NCBI RefSeq assembly: GCF_963921235.1
Contig: NC_086108.1
Coordinates: 14,632,001 to 14,696,000, forward strand
DNA length: 64,000 bases
Direction: 5' to 3'
From: Mobula hypostoma
Taxonomy: Eukaryota
The notes beneath the pieces are model-generated. The model worked only from the letters and a program-made list of their open reading frames with translations, made no database searches and was not told the origin of the DNA. Positions within the stretch are counted from its first letter, which is position 1. Each line of letters starts with the position of its first letter. Positions 13,463-28,249 of this stretch are shown here, piece after piece. The translations under genes and the position numbers were made by a program.

Positions 13463-13571
13463 TACAAGACCATAAGGTGGTTGATAGTTTTTTGATTCGT
13501 CAGGGTATCAAAGGTTATGGGGAGAAGGCAGTGGAATGTGGTTGAGAAGTATAATGAATCAGCCATTATAA

Positions 13572-14010
13572 CCGTATATAACCATATAACAATTACAGCA
13601 CGGAAACAGGCCATCTTGGCCTTTCTAGTCCATGCCAAACTCTTACTCTCACCTAGTCCCACCGACCTGCACTCAGCCTCCATTCCTTTCCTGTCCATAT
13701 AGCTGTCCAGTTTAACTTTAAACGACAACATCGAACCTGCCTCAACCACTTCCGCTGGAAGCTCGTTCCACACAGCTACCACTCTCTGAATAAAGAAATT
13801 CCCCCTCATGTTACCCCTAAACTTTTACCCTTTAACTCTCAACTCATGTCCTCTTATTTGAATCTCCCCCACTCGCATTGGAAAAAGCCTATCCATGTCA
13901 ACTCTATCTATCCCTCTCATAATCTTAAGTACCTCTATCAAGTCCCCCCTCAACCTTCTACGTTCCAAAGAATAAAGACCCAACTTGTTCAACCTTTCTC
14001 TGTAACTTAA
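13572..14010 (-). mobile_element. Young CR1 LINE 3' end
   Basis: Reads LNKLGLYSLERRRLRGDLIEVLKIMRGIDRV and FFIQRVVAVWNELP. Octamer tail seen as (CCATATAA)n on +. Confidence 0.85.
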
Positions 14011-14980
14011 TGACATTAATTTACAGTTTCTCTGTAAATTATGGAATGACGGTGCAGACTTGATGAGCCAAATGGACTAATTCTGCTCCTATGTCTTATG
14101 GTCTTATGATGGGGCAAGATTCCCTGAAGATGGAAGCAGCAGAAATGAAAAAAGTAGTGAAGGAATGCATATGGGATAGTTCCCTTCATTATCCAAGGCA
14201 GAGTATATGAGAACTGGGAGGCTGTAGAACACCTTTATAAAACACTGATTAGAGCAAGAACACAGGAGCAGCAGTAGGCTGGTTGGCCTCTGTATCTGCC
14301 CCACCATCTGTCTCAAATCCTTCGTGTCAGATCCTCAGAGTCCTCATTCTCACCGTTATTCAATAAGTTATCTACTTCCACTTCATCTTCACAACTCCCT
14401 GGTATGGAGAGTCCCAAGTATTCAGCAGTCACTGTGAGAAGACATTTCAATGTGCCTTAAATGCTCCCCTCTCCAAGCTTTTCACACTAAGGTTTTCCCA
14501 GTTAATACTCTACTACTGTGATCATCCCCGTTTTTGCTCCCAGTCTCTATATGGCCTCATTGAAAACTCCCTCTGGGAACATGGATCATAATCTCTGTCC
14601 GTGTACCCATTAGAATACAATATGACTGTTCTGTGATCCATGATCCTGGCATCAACACCTTATTCTGGGTTCACATCTACAGCCATATGAGCACCCCAAC
14701 ACTAAGTTTCCACCCACTGTTGCCCTTTCTCCTCACTTCCATAGTCATCTAGTCCATCAGGTGGTACATTAGGAAAGATGCCATTCATCTGGAAAGAATG
14801 CAGAGGGATATTGATATTGCCAGGACTCATGGGGTTGAGATATGTACAGAGGTTAAGCAGGCTGAGACTTTGTTTATTGGAGCAAGGGGGAATGAGTGGT
14901 AACCTTATAGAGTGTATAAAATCATGAGAGGCATAGATAGGATGAATGGACTCTTGTCTTTTTCTCAGGAAGGTGAATCA

Positions 14981-15113
14981 AGAACTGGAGAACACAGGTT
15001 TTGGTGAGGGGGAGAGATTTACTCAATAACTTGAAGACACAGGTTTTGGTGAGAGGGGAGAGATTTAGTCCAGAACTCGAGGACACAGGCTTAGGTGAGA
15101 GGGAGTAGATTTT
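14981..15113 (+). repeat. Three tandem ~45-bp units within a CR1 3' region
   Basis: A unit like AGAACT..AG.ACACAGGTTTTGGTGAG.GGGGAGAGATTT starts at ~14981, ~15026 and ~15072. Confidence 0.8.
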
Positions 15114-17527
15114 ATAGGAATCTGAGGAGCATCTTTTTCACCCAGAGGATGGTTGGCATCTGGATTGAGCAGCCAGAGGAGGTGGCTGAGGCAGGTCCAT
15201 TCGCCACATTTAAAATGTACTTGGATAGGTACATGGATAGGAAACATTTAGGGGAACATGGGCCAAATGTGGCCCGATGGAGTTTACGTATGTAGATGTG
15301 AATCTTGGTTGGCATGGATCATTGGGCTTGTATCCATGCTGTATGACCCTATGACTCTACCACCAGGAACTGAGTTATCAGCTTTTTGTGTAATTGAGAA
15401 CTGGCTATTAAAATGTAATCCAATCTGTTCCCAAACTTTATTTGGGTTGTTAAAAAAAGACAAAAATACCAACTATTCCCATTGTGACTGTTATCAATGT
15501 CAGTCACACTGTCCAACCAAAGGCTAGTGTTGAGAACATCCCATTGAACCTCTGACCAAAGCTTCCTCACTCACCAAAGCCCACATTCTGAAACAACTAC
15601 ACTTTGAGATCCACAACGAAAATATGCTGGAATTGTTCGTAAATGCAACTAGCAGCGTAGATGAGTGAAAACAAGTGGGTTTGCGTTTTCAAAAAAGCTC
15701 TCAAACAGATACCACAGAAGAGATTAGGTCCAAAATTAATGCACTTGGAATTGTGGATAAGGTGATGATATAGAGAGAAGGCTGATTGACAGATAGGAAA
15801 TAGAGAAAGCGAATAAATGGGTCATTTCCTAAGTGGCAGCAGTGACCACTACAGTAGCAAGAGATCAGTGCTGGGACCCCAATAAAGAAACTTGGACAAA
15901 ACTGGGTGAGAGGCTGAGTCTTGAGGACGATGCAGAATATTAACAGGTTCATTTGGACAGCATAAGGGAGTGGACAGATACACAGCAAATGTAATGTCAG
16001 GTGGATAATTGTGACATTATCCACTTTAGTGGCCACAACAAGAAGGGGAATAGATAAATTGATCTATTATTGTTACATGCCTTGCATGCCATCCATACAG
16101 ATCATTTCATCATATCAGTCCATCAAGTCAGTACAAGGGAAAACAATAACAAAATGTAGAATAAAGTATTACAGTTACAGAGAATGTGCAGTGCAGGCAG
16201 ACAAAGCCATATTGAAGTAGATTGTGAGGTCTCGTCCAGCTTATCATACTAGGGAATCATTCAATAGTCTTATATCATCAGGATAGAAACTGTCCTTGAC
16301 ACTGGTAGAGACAGCATGTAGCATAGGAGTTAGCACACTGACTTCACAGCACCAGATCATTGATCAGAGTTCAGTTCCCGCCACTATCTATAAGCAGCTT
16401 GTATGTTCTCACTGTGACTGCATAGGTTTCCTCAGGGTGCTCTGGTTTACTCCCACATTTCAAAGACATAAGGATAGGGTTAGTGAGCTGTCAGCATGCT
16501 GTGTGGGCACCAGAAACATGACAACACTTCCAGGTTACCACTAGCACAATGGTGTTATGAAAAACAACGCATTTCACTGGATGTTTCGATGTTCTTGTGA
16601 TAAATAAAGCTAATCTTTAAATCTATATCTTTGGTACATGCTTTCATATCTTCTGCCTGATGGGAGGGGAAGAAAAGAGAATGTCTGGGGTGAATGGTGT
16701 CTTTGATTTTGTTGGGCCAGAATTATTATCTGAATGGCATCATATTGCTGAATGGGGGGGTGTAACAAGACCTGGGTGTTCTTATGCATCAACCAGAGAA
16801 ACATGTATGGCCCCAACCCACCATTTCACATTTAGCCTTCTGCCAAGATTGAGTGGATCTAAAAGTACAAAATACTAATTGAGAATTAGTTAGACTTAAT
16901 GGATCATTCTGTGCAGTTCTGATCATCACAGTACAGGTAGTGATAGAGAGAATGCAGAAGTTCACCAGGAGGGCAGAGTGATGAGGAATGACTGGATAGG
17001 CTTGATTTGTTCTTGCTGTAATGTACGAAGCTGAGAGATGACCGTATGGAGGTTTATAGAACTGAGGACTATAGATTGGATGGATAGAGTCTTGGTCCCA
17101 GGGCAGGCGAGTCTAGAACTAGAAGGTGTGCATTTAAAGCGTGAGGAGGAAATTTTAAAGGAGATATTAGCAGTTATCTCTAATAACCCCTAATTAAACC
17201 ATTTAAAAGACAGCTACTTAGATAGGGACACAGGTTTAATACAGGCAAATGAGATAAGCATAGATGAGCATTCCGGTCAGTAAGACCGAGTTGGAATGAA
17301 AGGGACATGTCTCTGTTATATATTTCTAGAATTCTGTATGAAAATTGGAGTTCTCGCTCATCAGGACTGGTGCACTGACCTTCAGTCACTCTAAGTCAGT
17401 TAACGATTTTGTGTGTGTGGATAATTCTGCAAGTGCATACGTTCCATGCATTTGTAAGTGTTTTTGCGTCTGTATACATGCAACTACCCAGATAGTAATT
17501 GAAATTCTTCGTCTGACCCATTTCCAG

Positions 17528-17662
17528 AGGCCAGTTTGTGTTGTACGAGACTGAGAATAAAGTTGTTGACCGAGAGTGGAAACGTTATGACTTCCATTAT
17601 GATAATGTTATCTGGGCCCTGCTGACACTGTTCACTGTCTCCACTGGAGAAGGCTGGCCACA
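17528..17662 (+). CDS. CACNA1E: Cav2 alpha-1 exon: domain III S5-S6 loop and pore ([44 protein letters not shown])
   Basis: Acceptor tttccAG and donor CA|GTGAGT; 135 nt, phase 2-2. Contains the selectivity-filter motif TGEGW. Missing from the ORF track; found by reading the sequence. Confidence 0.93.
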
Positions 17663-20600
17663 GTGAGTATTTCCATCAATGTTAGCCTTTGAACAGTTAT
17701 TACCCTCAACCATCAGGCTCTTGAACCAGAGGGGATAACTTCATTCAACTTCACTCGCCCCATCACTGAACTGGACTCACTTTCAAAGACTTTTCATCTC
17801 ATGTTCTCGATATTTATTGCTTACTTATTTATTATTGTTATTATTATTGTTTTCCCTCTTTCTTTTTGTATTTGCAGTTTGTTTTATGTGCACATTGGTT
17901 GTTGTCCACCCTGTAATGTGCATTCTTTCATTCAATCTATATTGTTTCCTGTATTTACTGTGATTGCCCACAAGAAAATGAATCTCAGGGTTGTATATGG
18001 TGGCGTATGTGTATTTTGATAATAAATTTACTTTGAACTTTGAACTTTGTTTCCACTATGTGAACATTGTGGCTTCCAAGATTGCTGTATTCATTGTTCA
18101 GCATTTCCTTGTGTATGGAGTATGAACAGGTGATATTCTGAGGTGGATGGGAGGGGATCTTATAGAAACATATAAAATTATGAAAGGGATAGGCAAGATA
18201 GAGACAGGAAAGTTGTTTCCACTGGTAAGTGAGGCCCAAAATTCAGGGGAATAGATTCAAGACAGCAATAAAGAGAAACTGCTTTTCGCCAAGAGTAATG
18301 TATCCATGGAATTCTGTGCCTAGGGAAGCAATATCATAGCAGGGCATTTTGAGGTTATGGGATAAATGCAGGTAGGTGGAGCTGTGACCACAGCTTGATC
18401 AGTCATCATCTTATTAAAGATGGAGCAAAATTGATGGTCCAGATGGCCTGCTCTTGCCTCTGTTTTTTACATTCTTATGTTTAAAGGGAATGATTAGGAA
18501 CTATTTCCTCTGCTGGAAAAGTCTAGAATAGAGGTGCATAAACTAAAAAATTGGGGCTGTGTCCTTCAGGTATGGTATCATGAAGAACTTCTTCACTCAC
18601 TGAAGACTGCACTGAATGTCAGAGTCATTGAGCACAGAAACGATCCGTTTAGTTCATCACATCCACACTGACCAGTGGTCACACATCAGTATTAATCCCT
18701 TTTTCCAGCACTTCTTTCCCTTGGCAATTCAAATGCTTATCTAGACACTTTTTAAATACTGCCAGTGAATCTGCTTCCGCCGCTCTCTCCAACAGTGTGT
18801 CAACTCTCTGTGGGTGAAAAAGGTTCCCCTCCGATCCTCTCTAAATCTCTAACCCTTACCCCAAATCTATGGCCCGTGGTTTTATCTGCCTCTGACTTGA
18901 GGAAGGCTTTCCCCATCTGTACCCCTGAAAAATCATTTCTTAACTTCCTCCAATCCAGGAAAACAGCTAGCATTTCCTGTCTCTCACAGCATAGAAACAA
19001 ACCGTTTGACCCACCATGTCTATACAACTATTGATTCCCATATACCCTCTTGAGATCCATATTCCTCTATGCATTGGCAATTCAAGTACTTGCCTCGATG
19101 CTTCTTAAATGTTGTGAGTCTTTGCCTCTGCCAACTCTTTGCAAAGTACATTGCGTACTCTCAGATACTCTCTAGCCTTCCCACCTCTAATCTTACCCCA
19201 CAATTTTCACTACCTATCCTTTCTATCCCCATTATATCCCTGTGTCCTCCACTCCAAGGGAAAAAAAATTCAACCTATGCATGCTTTTCTTGTAACCATA
19301 CTTTTCAAATCCAGGCACCATCCTGGTGAATTTCCTCTGCATCCTTTCCAGTGCGACTACATCCTTCCTTTATTGTAAGAACCAGAACTCTTGCTGTGGA
19401 CTTCTAATTTTTTTTAAAGCTGTAACATCATATTAAGATGGTCTTTGCCAAGGGTTCCCAACCTGGGGTTATTGACCCCTCGGTTAGTGGTAAAGCTCCA
19501 TAGCATAAAAACGGTTGGGAACACCTGATCTATGCCATGGCCAATGAAAACAATCATCTCATTTACATTTTTCACTATCTTATCTAAATGCACTACTACC
19601 TTCAAGGACCTCTGGCAGTACCCCAAGATCCCTTTATTCTTCAATTCTTTCTTAGACTCTACCATTCACAGGGTATGTCCTATCCTAATTAGTAGTTCAA
19701 AATGCATTGCCTCACATTTATCAAAATTAAACTCCATCTGCCATTTCTCAGTATACTTCACTAACACATGGATATCACTCTGTGAACTAAAAGTACCCTC
19801 CACACTGTCAGCAACTCCACCAATCTTTGTGTCACCTACACAAGACTGATCATGCTACTACGTCCATGTCCATGTTGTTGTACATTTCGATATGTGTACA
19901 TTACAAATAGCAAAAGTCCCAGCACCAATCCCCCAGAAAAACAGTGGTCACAGGCATCCATTGACAGAAACAACACTCTACCATCACTCTCTCTGATTGC
20001 CAAGCCAAATTTGGATCAAGTTTCCCAGCTTGTCCTGGATCCGGTGGGCCATAGCCTTTTAGTCTTTGAGGGACCTTGTCGAAGGCCTTACTGAGGTCCA
20101 TGTAAATCTCAGTTAGCTCACTGCCCTCATCATTGCAATTTGTTGACTCTGACAAAACAACTCATTCAAATTGGTCGGACAGGTTCTGCCCCTAAACTCT
20201 CACTGGCTATCTACGAATAGTCCCTGCTTTTCCAAGTAATCATTAATCCCCATTCTGGTTCTCAGACTGGACTTTTGTTCAGGAATGTTTTCAGAATGTG
20301 AGGCAGAACGGTGGATTTGGGATACAAGACGCATGATCTAGGTGAATTTTGAATGGAGTGCAGGATCTCAGGACTGACACAAGCTCCTATGTTGTTGTGT
20401 CCCTGTCTTCTTGGAGACCACAGAATTACACCCAAGTGGTAATTTCCATTCAGAGGGTGATTGGGATAAACCAAACAGTATAATTATCCCCCCCACCCCG
20501 GGGAAGGGATATAGAGAATCAGTAAGTGTGCAGATATCACCCTGAGTAAGAAAGACAGAGCGACACCCAACACAGTACGGGTAGTTCCTGACACATTTAC

Positions 20601-20756
20601 CTAGGACAAAGCAAAACCTACTGATACTTGGGGCTCCCCACATCCGTGTCCGTGGGCTGCCCTGTCAGGGATGTTGCAACCTTATCTTTGAGTTGCATGC
20701 ACAGTATCCCATTTTAAAAGTCTTTATTAACATGTTGAATTCTTGTGTTCTGTCAG

Positions 20757-20958
20757 GGTTCTACAGCATTCCGTGGATGTGACTGAGGCTGACCAAGGAC
20801 CAATCCCAGGGAACAGAATGGAAATGTCCATCTTCTACGTTGTATATTTTGTTGTATTCCCCTTCTTTTTTGTCAATATCTTTGTGGCCTTGATAATCAT
20901 CACCTTCCAGGAGCAGGGAGACAAGATGCTGGAGGAGAGCAGCCTAGAGAAAAATGAG
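20757..20958 (+). CDS. CACNA1E: Cav2 alpha-1 exon: IIIS6 and start of the III-IV linker ([15 protein letters not shown]...[30 protein letters not shown])
   Basis: Acceptor tgtcAG and donor GAG|GTTTCC; 202 nt. Its first G completes CAG (Gln) with the previous exon. [10 protein letters not shown] is Cav2.3-like. Confidence 0.95.
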
Positions 20959-21330
20959 GTTTCCTTGTCTTGAACTTTCACTCACTCTGCTGCACATCTC
21001 ACTGTCTTATTCCCTTCATACCTCATCCGCTCTTTACACCACATTCTACCACACCCTCCACAATCCATACTCCCTGGCTTCCTACCTTTTATAATTCACA
21101 TTCACAGTTCTTAATCCATCAGAATTCTTTTTTTCCTTTCATGACCTGTTTCCTTTCCACTGAGGTGTTTTGCCAGACTGGATCCAAAATTGAGTTGGTG
21201 ATAGGATGCAGAGGGTACTGGTGTGTAGGTGTGTTTTACTGGGTGGAGGTCTGTAACCTGTGGTATACCACAGGGATCAGTGCTGGGGCCTCAGTTGTTA
21301 TATGTATGTTCTTTATGATGTATTTATATA

Positions 21331-22947
21331 CAGTGCCTATAAAAATTATTCACTCCCCCCTTGAACGTTTTCATGTTTTATTGTTTTACAACATAGAATC
21401 ACAGTTGTGAATTTAGTTTGGCTTTTTGACACTGATCAACAGATAAGCTTCTTCCAAGTCAAAGTGAAAACAAATTTCTGCAAGTTGGTCTAAATTTATT
21501 GCAATTATTAAATAAACACAAAGTAATTAATTGCATAATTACTCACCCCCTTCAAGTCAGTATTTAGTAGATGCACCTTTGGCAGCAATTACAGCCTTGA
21601 GTCTGTGTGGATAGGTCTCTATCAGCTTTACACATCCGGACACAGCAATTTTTCCCATTCTTCTTTACAAAACTGCTCAAGCTCTGTCAGATTGCATGGG
21701 GATCATGAGTGAACAACCCTTTTCAAGTCCAGCCACAAGTTCTCAATTGGATTAAAATCTGGACTCTGACTTGGCCACTCCAGGGCATTAACTTTGTTGT
21801 CTTTAAGCCATTCCTGTGTAGCTTTGGCTTTATGCCTGGGGTCATTGTCTTGCTGGAAAACAAATCTTCTCCCAAATTGCAGTTCTCTTGCAGACTGCTT
21901 CAGGTTTTCCTCCAGGATTTCCCTGTATCTTGCCCTCTACCTTCACAAGCCTTCCAGGGCCTGCTGCAGTGAAACATCCCCACAACAAAAACCAATTTAC
22001 CCCGGGATCAATAAAGTATGACAACTACTACTACTACTACTACTACAGCATGATGCAGCCGCCACCACCTTATGCCAAATATAGCGTATAGTCTGATGGC
22101 CTAAAAGCTCAATTTTTTGGTTTCACCAGACCATAAAACCTTCTTGCAGCTGACTTCAGAGTCTCCCACATGCCTTCTGGCAAACTCTAGCTGAGATTTC
22201 ATGTGTTTTTTTCAACGGTGGCTTTCTCTTGCCACCTTCCCATAAAGCTGCGATTGGTGAAGCACCCAAGCAACAGTTGTTGTATGCACAGTCTCTCCCA
22301 TCTCAGCCACTATGATAAACTCCAGAGTCATCATAGTAGCTTCCCTCACTGGTCCCCCTTCTTGTACGGTCACTCAGTTTTTGAGGACTGCCTGCTGTAG
22401 ACAGATTTACAGCTGGTCCATATTCTTTTGTGATGATTGAATTAACTATACTCCAAGGGATATTCAGTAACTTGGAAATTTTCTTGTATCCATCTCCTGA
22501 CTTGTTTTTCAATAACCTTCTTGTAGAGTTGCTTGTTCTTTTCTCTTCATGGTGTAGTTTTTGCCAGGATACTGACTCACCAGCTGTTGGACCTTCCAGA
22601 TACAGGTGTACTTTTACTACAAAAACCTTGACTGCACACAGTTCTGCAAATACAGATCTCCATTTAACTAATCACATGACTTCTTAATCCAATTGGCTGC
22701 ACCAGGGATGATTTGGTGTGTCATATTAAAGGGGGTGAATACTTATGCAATCAATTATTTGGTGTTTTATATTTGTAATTAATTTAGATCACTTTGTAGA
22801 GATTTGTTTTCACTTTGACAGAAGGAAGCTTTTTTCTGTTGATCAGTGTCAAAAAAGCCAAATTAAATCCACTGTGATTCAATGTTGTAAAACAATAAAG
22901 CATGAAAACCTGTTGGGGGGGAGGGTGAATACTTTTTATAGGCACTG
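21331..22947 (-). mobile_element. Near full-length decayed Tc1-like transposon (1617 bp)
   Basis: TA-CAGTGCCTATAAAAA...TTTTTATAGGCACTG-TA with long imperfect inverted repeats. Transposase relic KSGDGYKKISKLLNIPWS. A short LINE tail ending in (CTA)n is inserted at ~21985-22045. Confidence 0.9.
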
Positions 22948-25149
22948 TATATTGTATATAAGAGTCTTGGATTAGAACATAGGTGTTATGATTAGTAAGT
23001 TTTCAGATGACACAACATGGATAGTGGACACAGTTGTCTAAAGATACAGTGGGACACAGACCTGCTGGAAGGAAGTGGTACAGATGAAACTTATCCAAAC
23101 AGGTGTGAGGTAATGCACTTTGGGAGGCCAAATTCTGGACAACCTATCGAATTAGTTGTGACCTTAGGAAAGGTGATGTAATGAGAGACTTTGGGGTGCA
23201 AGTCCATAGCTCCCTGAAAGTAGAGATACAGGCAGATAGGGAGTGAAGAAGGCATTAGGTATGTTTGCCTTCTTTGGCTAATGCATTGAGAATCAGATGT
23301 GGGATATCATTTTGCAACTATACAAAACATTGGTTGGACTCCATTTGGATTACACAGTATTATGTACAGTTCTGGTCACCACACTACAGGTAATCTGTGG
23401 CAGTAATAAAGAGTCTGCAGAAGAGATTCACTGGGAAGTTGCCTGGAATGGAGGGGTATAATTATAAGGAATGTTTGGATAGGCTGGGGTTGTTCTCAGT
23501 AGAACGTAAGAAGCTTATAAAGGTTTATCAGATTATAAAGGGGCATAGATTGGATAGTCATAGTCTTTTTCCCAGGACAGTGGGGTCTAGAAGTAGATGG
23601 CACAGGTTTCGGGGTGGTGGGGTTGGGGGCAGGGAACGTAAGTAAAATCCAAAGGGGAAGATTTCACGCTGAGTACTGGTTATCTGGAACAAGTTGCCAT
23701 AGGAGGTGATAGAAGCAGATTTAATCACAATGTTTAAACTGCATGTGGACAGATAGTTATATTGGAAAGGTATATGCGAGCCCAGTAGAGGCAAATATAG
23801 ACAGGCATTTTGGCTGGCATTTATGGGATGGAATGTCTGGTGCACAGCTTATGATTCTAAGAACTCAGCTTTCAGCAGATGGTTGCTGCAGTGTACTGAA
23901 TGGCTTGTTTCCATGATGTCCCATTCTATCCATCTAAAAGCAGAAACTTGCTGGAAATTATCAGTGGGTTTGGCAGCATCTATGGAGGGAGAAACAGAGT
24001 TCCCTCCAATAAACTTATCATCAGAATCAGAAACTTTATTCAAATGTTTCACCTGAAACACCTACACCATCCTTTCTCTATAGATGCTTCTTGACCTCCT
24101 GAGCACCTCCAGCACTTCTTATAATTTCAGATTTTCACACCGGCATTCTTTTACTTTTCAGTTGCTTCATGTGCTGCTAGATCTCCAATCTCACTTCCTT
24201 CAGTAATAAACTATTTGCATGGGCTTCTAAAACTAATGGGCAGTGGTTTAAGGTGAGGCGAAGATTTAAGGGGGAGCTGAGAGGTACTTTTTCCACACAG
24301 AGGATGGAGGGTATATGGAATAAATTGCTCAAGGAAGTGGTAGAGGTGGGTACAATAACAATGTCTAAAAGATATGTGGGCAGGTCAATGGATAGGAAAG
24401 ATTTAAAGGGTTGTGGCCCAAATACAGGCAATTGGGACTATCTCATACAGTCATCATGAATGAGTTGGTTTGTTTCTGTGCTTTATAACTGTGACACTAT
24501 GACCAATTCCATATTAACTGCATTCTTCAGTCAATGAAAGTCAGAACATTACAGAACATAATACAGGATCAGGCCCCTTTGCAATCCATGTCTTTGCCAG
24601 CCATGATTCCAAATGAAACTGCACATCTGCCTGCATGTGCTCCATATCTCTCCATCCCCTGCCTCTTCTAAATTCCTCTTAAACTTTGCTATCGTATGTG
24701 CACCTGCCATTTTCGGGCAGCACATTTCCAGGGACCTATTTCCCTGTCCGAAAACTTTCTCTTTGAAGCTTCCTGATGTGGAGGCTGAAGACCTGAAATA
24801 AAAAACATAAAATACAGGTTAGGCAGAGAAAGGAGCAGTGAGTTTGACATGTCAAGTGTTTATGGCAATTGCTGTTTCTATTAAGTTGGATTAAAGAGGA
24901 ATGAAAGCCTGTCATTTTGTGATGGTTTCCATTGGTTCACTGAGCTTGCAAGTAACTCCTTCCTATGCAAACCAGCTACATAGAAGGGATTTACTGAAAC
25001 CACACCTGGAGTATGGTCTCTAGTTCTAGCCTCCTTAGATATGGAAGCCTTAAGAGACATTGTTCTCAAATCTCACCACAACTCGTGAAACGAGTGAGAT
25101 GAGTCTGAGTAGAATCAGCTGATACTCACTAGAATCTAGAAGAATGAGA

Positions 25150-26695
25150 GATGGTTAATGACTACCACCCAGTGGGTCTGACATTCATCATCATGAAGTG
25201 CTTTGAGAGACTGATCATAGCAGGCATTAACTCCACCCCATCTCGACCCACTGCAATTCACCTACTACTGAAACAGGATGTCATCTTCCTGTATTTATTT
25301 AGAAATACTGCACAGGATCGGGCCCTTTCGGCCCGAAGAGCCTACGCTGTCCAATTATACACATGTGACCAGTTAACCTTCTAACTCCTAAGTCTTCATA
25401 ATGTGTGAGAAATCCAGAGCGCCCAGAGGAAATCCACATGGTAACGGGAAGAACATACAAACTCCTTACAGGCAACAGCAGCAATTGAACCTAGGTGGCT
25501 GGCACTGTAAAGTATTCTGTTAACTGCAATGCCGCTGCAACTCATCTCTGGAGCACCTGGACAGTAAAGACTCCTATGTTAGACTTTGGTTCATGAACCA
25601 CAAATCTGCCTTCAAGATTATACTTCTAAGCAAACTCAACAATGCACTCTGGAAGTAATTGCCCTGCCTCTGCAACTGGATTTTTGACTTCTCACTAACA
25701 AACCATAATTAGTAAGGGTAGGCAGCAGCACCTCCACCACAATTATTCTCAGCACTAGTACCCCAGAAACTGCGTCCTCAGTCCCCAACTTTACAGCCTA
25801 TGCACTTACGGCTCTGTGGCTAGAGTCTAACTCCATTCCCAAGTTTGCACACTATCTCAAATAATGAGTCAGAGCACAGGAAGGAGATGGAGAGCTTAGT
25901 GTCATGATGTCATGACAACAACCTCTCCCTCAGTGTCAGCAAAACAAAAGAGCTGCTCATTGACTTCAGGAATCAAGGTGGTGCACATACTGTGCTCCTC
26001 TCTACATCAGTGGTGCTGAGGTCGAGAGGGTTGAAAGTGTCAATTTCCTAGGAGTGAACATCACCAAGAGCCTGTCCTGGTCCAAACATGTAAAAGCCAT
26101 GGCTAAGAAAGCTCATCAATGCCTCTACTTCCTCAGGAGGCTAAAGAAATTTGGCATGTCCCCGTTGACTCTTGCCAATTTCTATTGTTAAACCTCAGAA
26201 AGCATCCTAACTGAGTGCATTGTGGCTTGTTTGTGATGGTAAGAAAGAGCTCAGCACATCATGGAAGCCAGCCTCCCCTCTATGGATATAGTTATTTTTC
26301 TCACTGCCCCAGTAAAGCAGCCAGCATAATCAAAGGCCCTATCCACCTAGACTTGCTCTCTTCTCCACTCTCCAATCAAGCAGAAGATACAAAAGCCTGA
26401 AAGCACATACCATCAGGCTCAAGGATGGCTTCTACTCCACCTTTGAAAGACAATTGAATGGTTCCCTAGTACAATAAGATAGACTTGGCCTCATAGTCTA
26501 CCTTGTGCACCTTGCTATCTACCTGCACTGCACTTTCTCTGTAGCTGTTACACTTTATTTTGCATTCTGTTTTTGTTTTACCTTGTACTACCTTAATGCA
26601 CTGTGTAATGATTTGACCTGTAAGAACAGCAGACAAGACAAGCTTTTCATTGTATCTTGGTACACGTGACAATAATAAACCAATTCCAATTCTCA
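25150..26695 (+). mobile_element. Decayed Rex1/Babar-type LINE with a nested SINE
   Basis: Reads NDYHPVGLTFIIMKCFERL, SKTKELLIDFR and LYFLRRLKKFG. AATAAA followed by a (CCAATT)n tail. Confidence 0.7.
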
Positions 26696-28249
26696 ATAAG
26701 CCATTAGAGACTGCAGATGCTGCACAGTGGGTCAGGCAGCATCAATGGATGGAAAGGGATGGTCAGTGGTCTCAATGAAATGTGTAAGGTTGTGAGAATG
26801 ATTGACATAGTAGATACCAAGAGGCTGTTTTCTTAGGCTGCGAAGAATTACATTAGGGAATGTCATTTTAAGATACTGTAAAGGTAATTGGTGGTGATTG
26901 ATAATTGGCTTATGGTTGCATGTATCAATGAAAAGCCATCCAGGCATATCATTCCATATATAATTGCATTGAGGTAGTAAAAAGAAACCTCAATGCTGAA
27001 TATAGTGTTACAATTACAGAGAAAGTGCAGTTTAGGGAGACAAAGTGCCAGGACCATGACAAGTTAATTGAGAGATCAAGAGTCCATCTTTTAGGATAAA
27101 AAGAGGTTTGTTCAAGAGTCTTATAACCTTTCCTTGAGCATGGCAATATGTGTTTTCAGGCTTTTGTGTTTTTTGCCCTACCTAGGGGTGAGAAAAGAGA
27201 ATGTCTGGGGTCCTTGATTATGCTGGCTGTTTTTATAAGGCAGTAGGAAATATAGTTGGTCTCTATAGGTTACACATTTGTTTGATTTGCTGGGCTATAT
27301 TCACTATTCTGCAGATTTTTGCAAAGTTTGGCTGAGCAGTTGCCAAACCAGGTTGTGATGCATCTGTAGAGGATGATTTCTATAGTGCATCAGTAAAAGT
27401 TGGTGAGGCTGAGGGCTTTGTCGAGTCTTGTGAATTGTTGGAATTCTGTACCTCAGATGGTGTGCGTGCCAGTTCTTTCGTATATTCAAACACCTCACAT
27501 ATTTGATCTCTGAATGCTAAGGGAACCCAAAGACAATGAAACAGGGCAGAAAAAACGACTGTTTAGAAGTTGCGCTGTGATCATCTAAAATGTTGGGCAG
27601 GTTTCAGAGGCCAAAAATACAGGTTTTGACTCCTCTTAAAGCCAACTGATTTCAGTTTTCACTTTTGATGTACCCATACTTTTCTCGCCATAATCTCTTC
27701 ACATCAAGCTTTCCACTGCAGATTTCAGACTTGCTTCATGATTCACAATTCTCACTCAAGCTGCACGTGCTCAATGCCACCTTAAAGGGACAGGGAAACT
27801 AAGCAGCAGATTTAAAGGCTGTAATGTAATCATTCAGTGGCTTCTTCCAGATTGCTGTTTCTCCCACACCCTACCAGCCAACCCCCCAAACAGCGCTGCC
27901 ATCATTCACAATCTTTCCCACAAGGGTTCTGCATCAATAGTGACCTTTTCGTCTCTATGTGGACTAAGGTCATTCTCATTTAGTCACCAGTTTCCTGCCT
28001 CTGGCTATCCAGACATCACCAATCCCTGTTCGTTGGTTCTGTCCCCTTCTGTTGTCCATTAGTGCAGTCATCCATCTCAACTCCCACCTCTCACTGCCTA
28101 CTGTTACACCAGTCACATTAAATTAGAACACAGAACAGTACAGCACAGCTAGAGGCTCTTCAACCCATTTTGCCTGTGCTGTCCATGGTCTTGAATTAAA
28201 ACTCCATCCTGCACATTCATGTGTGTCTCAACAGCCTCGCATTTGCTTC

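Noticed and set aside
14981..15113. Regular repeats as a CRISPR-like array
   Set aside because: There are no unique spacers. This is a local tandem triplication of CR1 sequence in vertebrate DNA.
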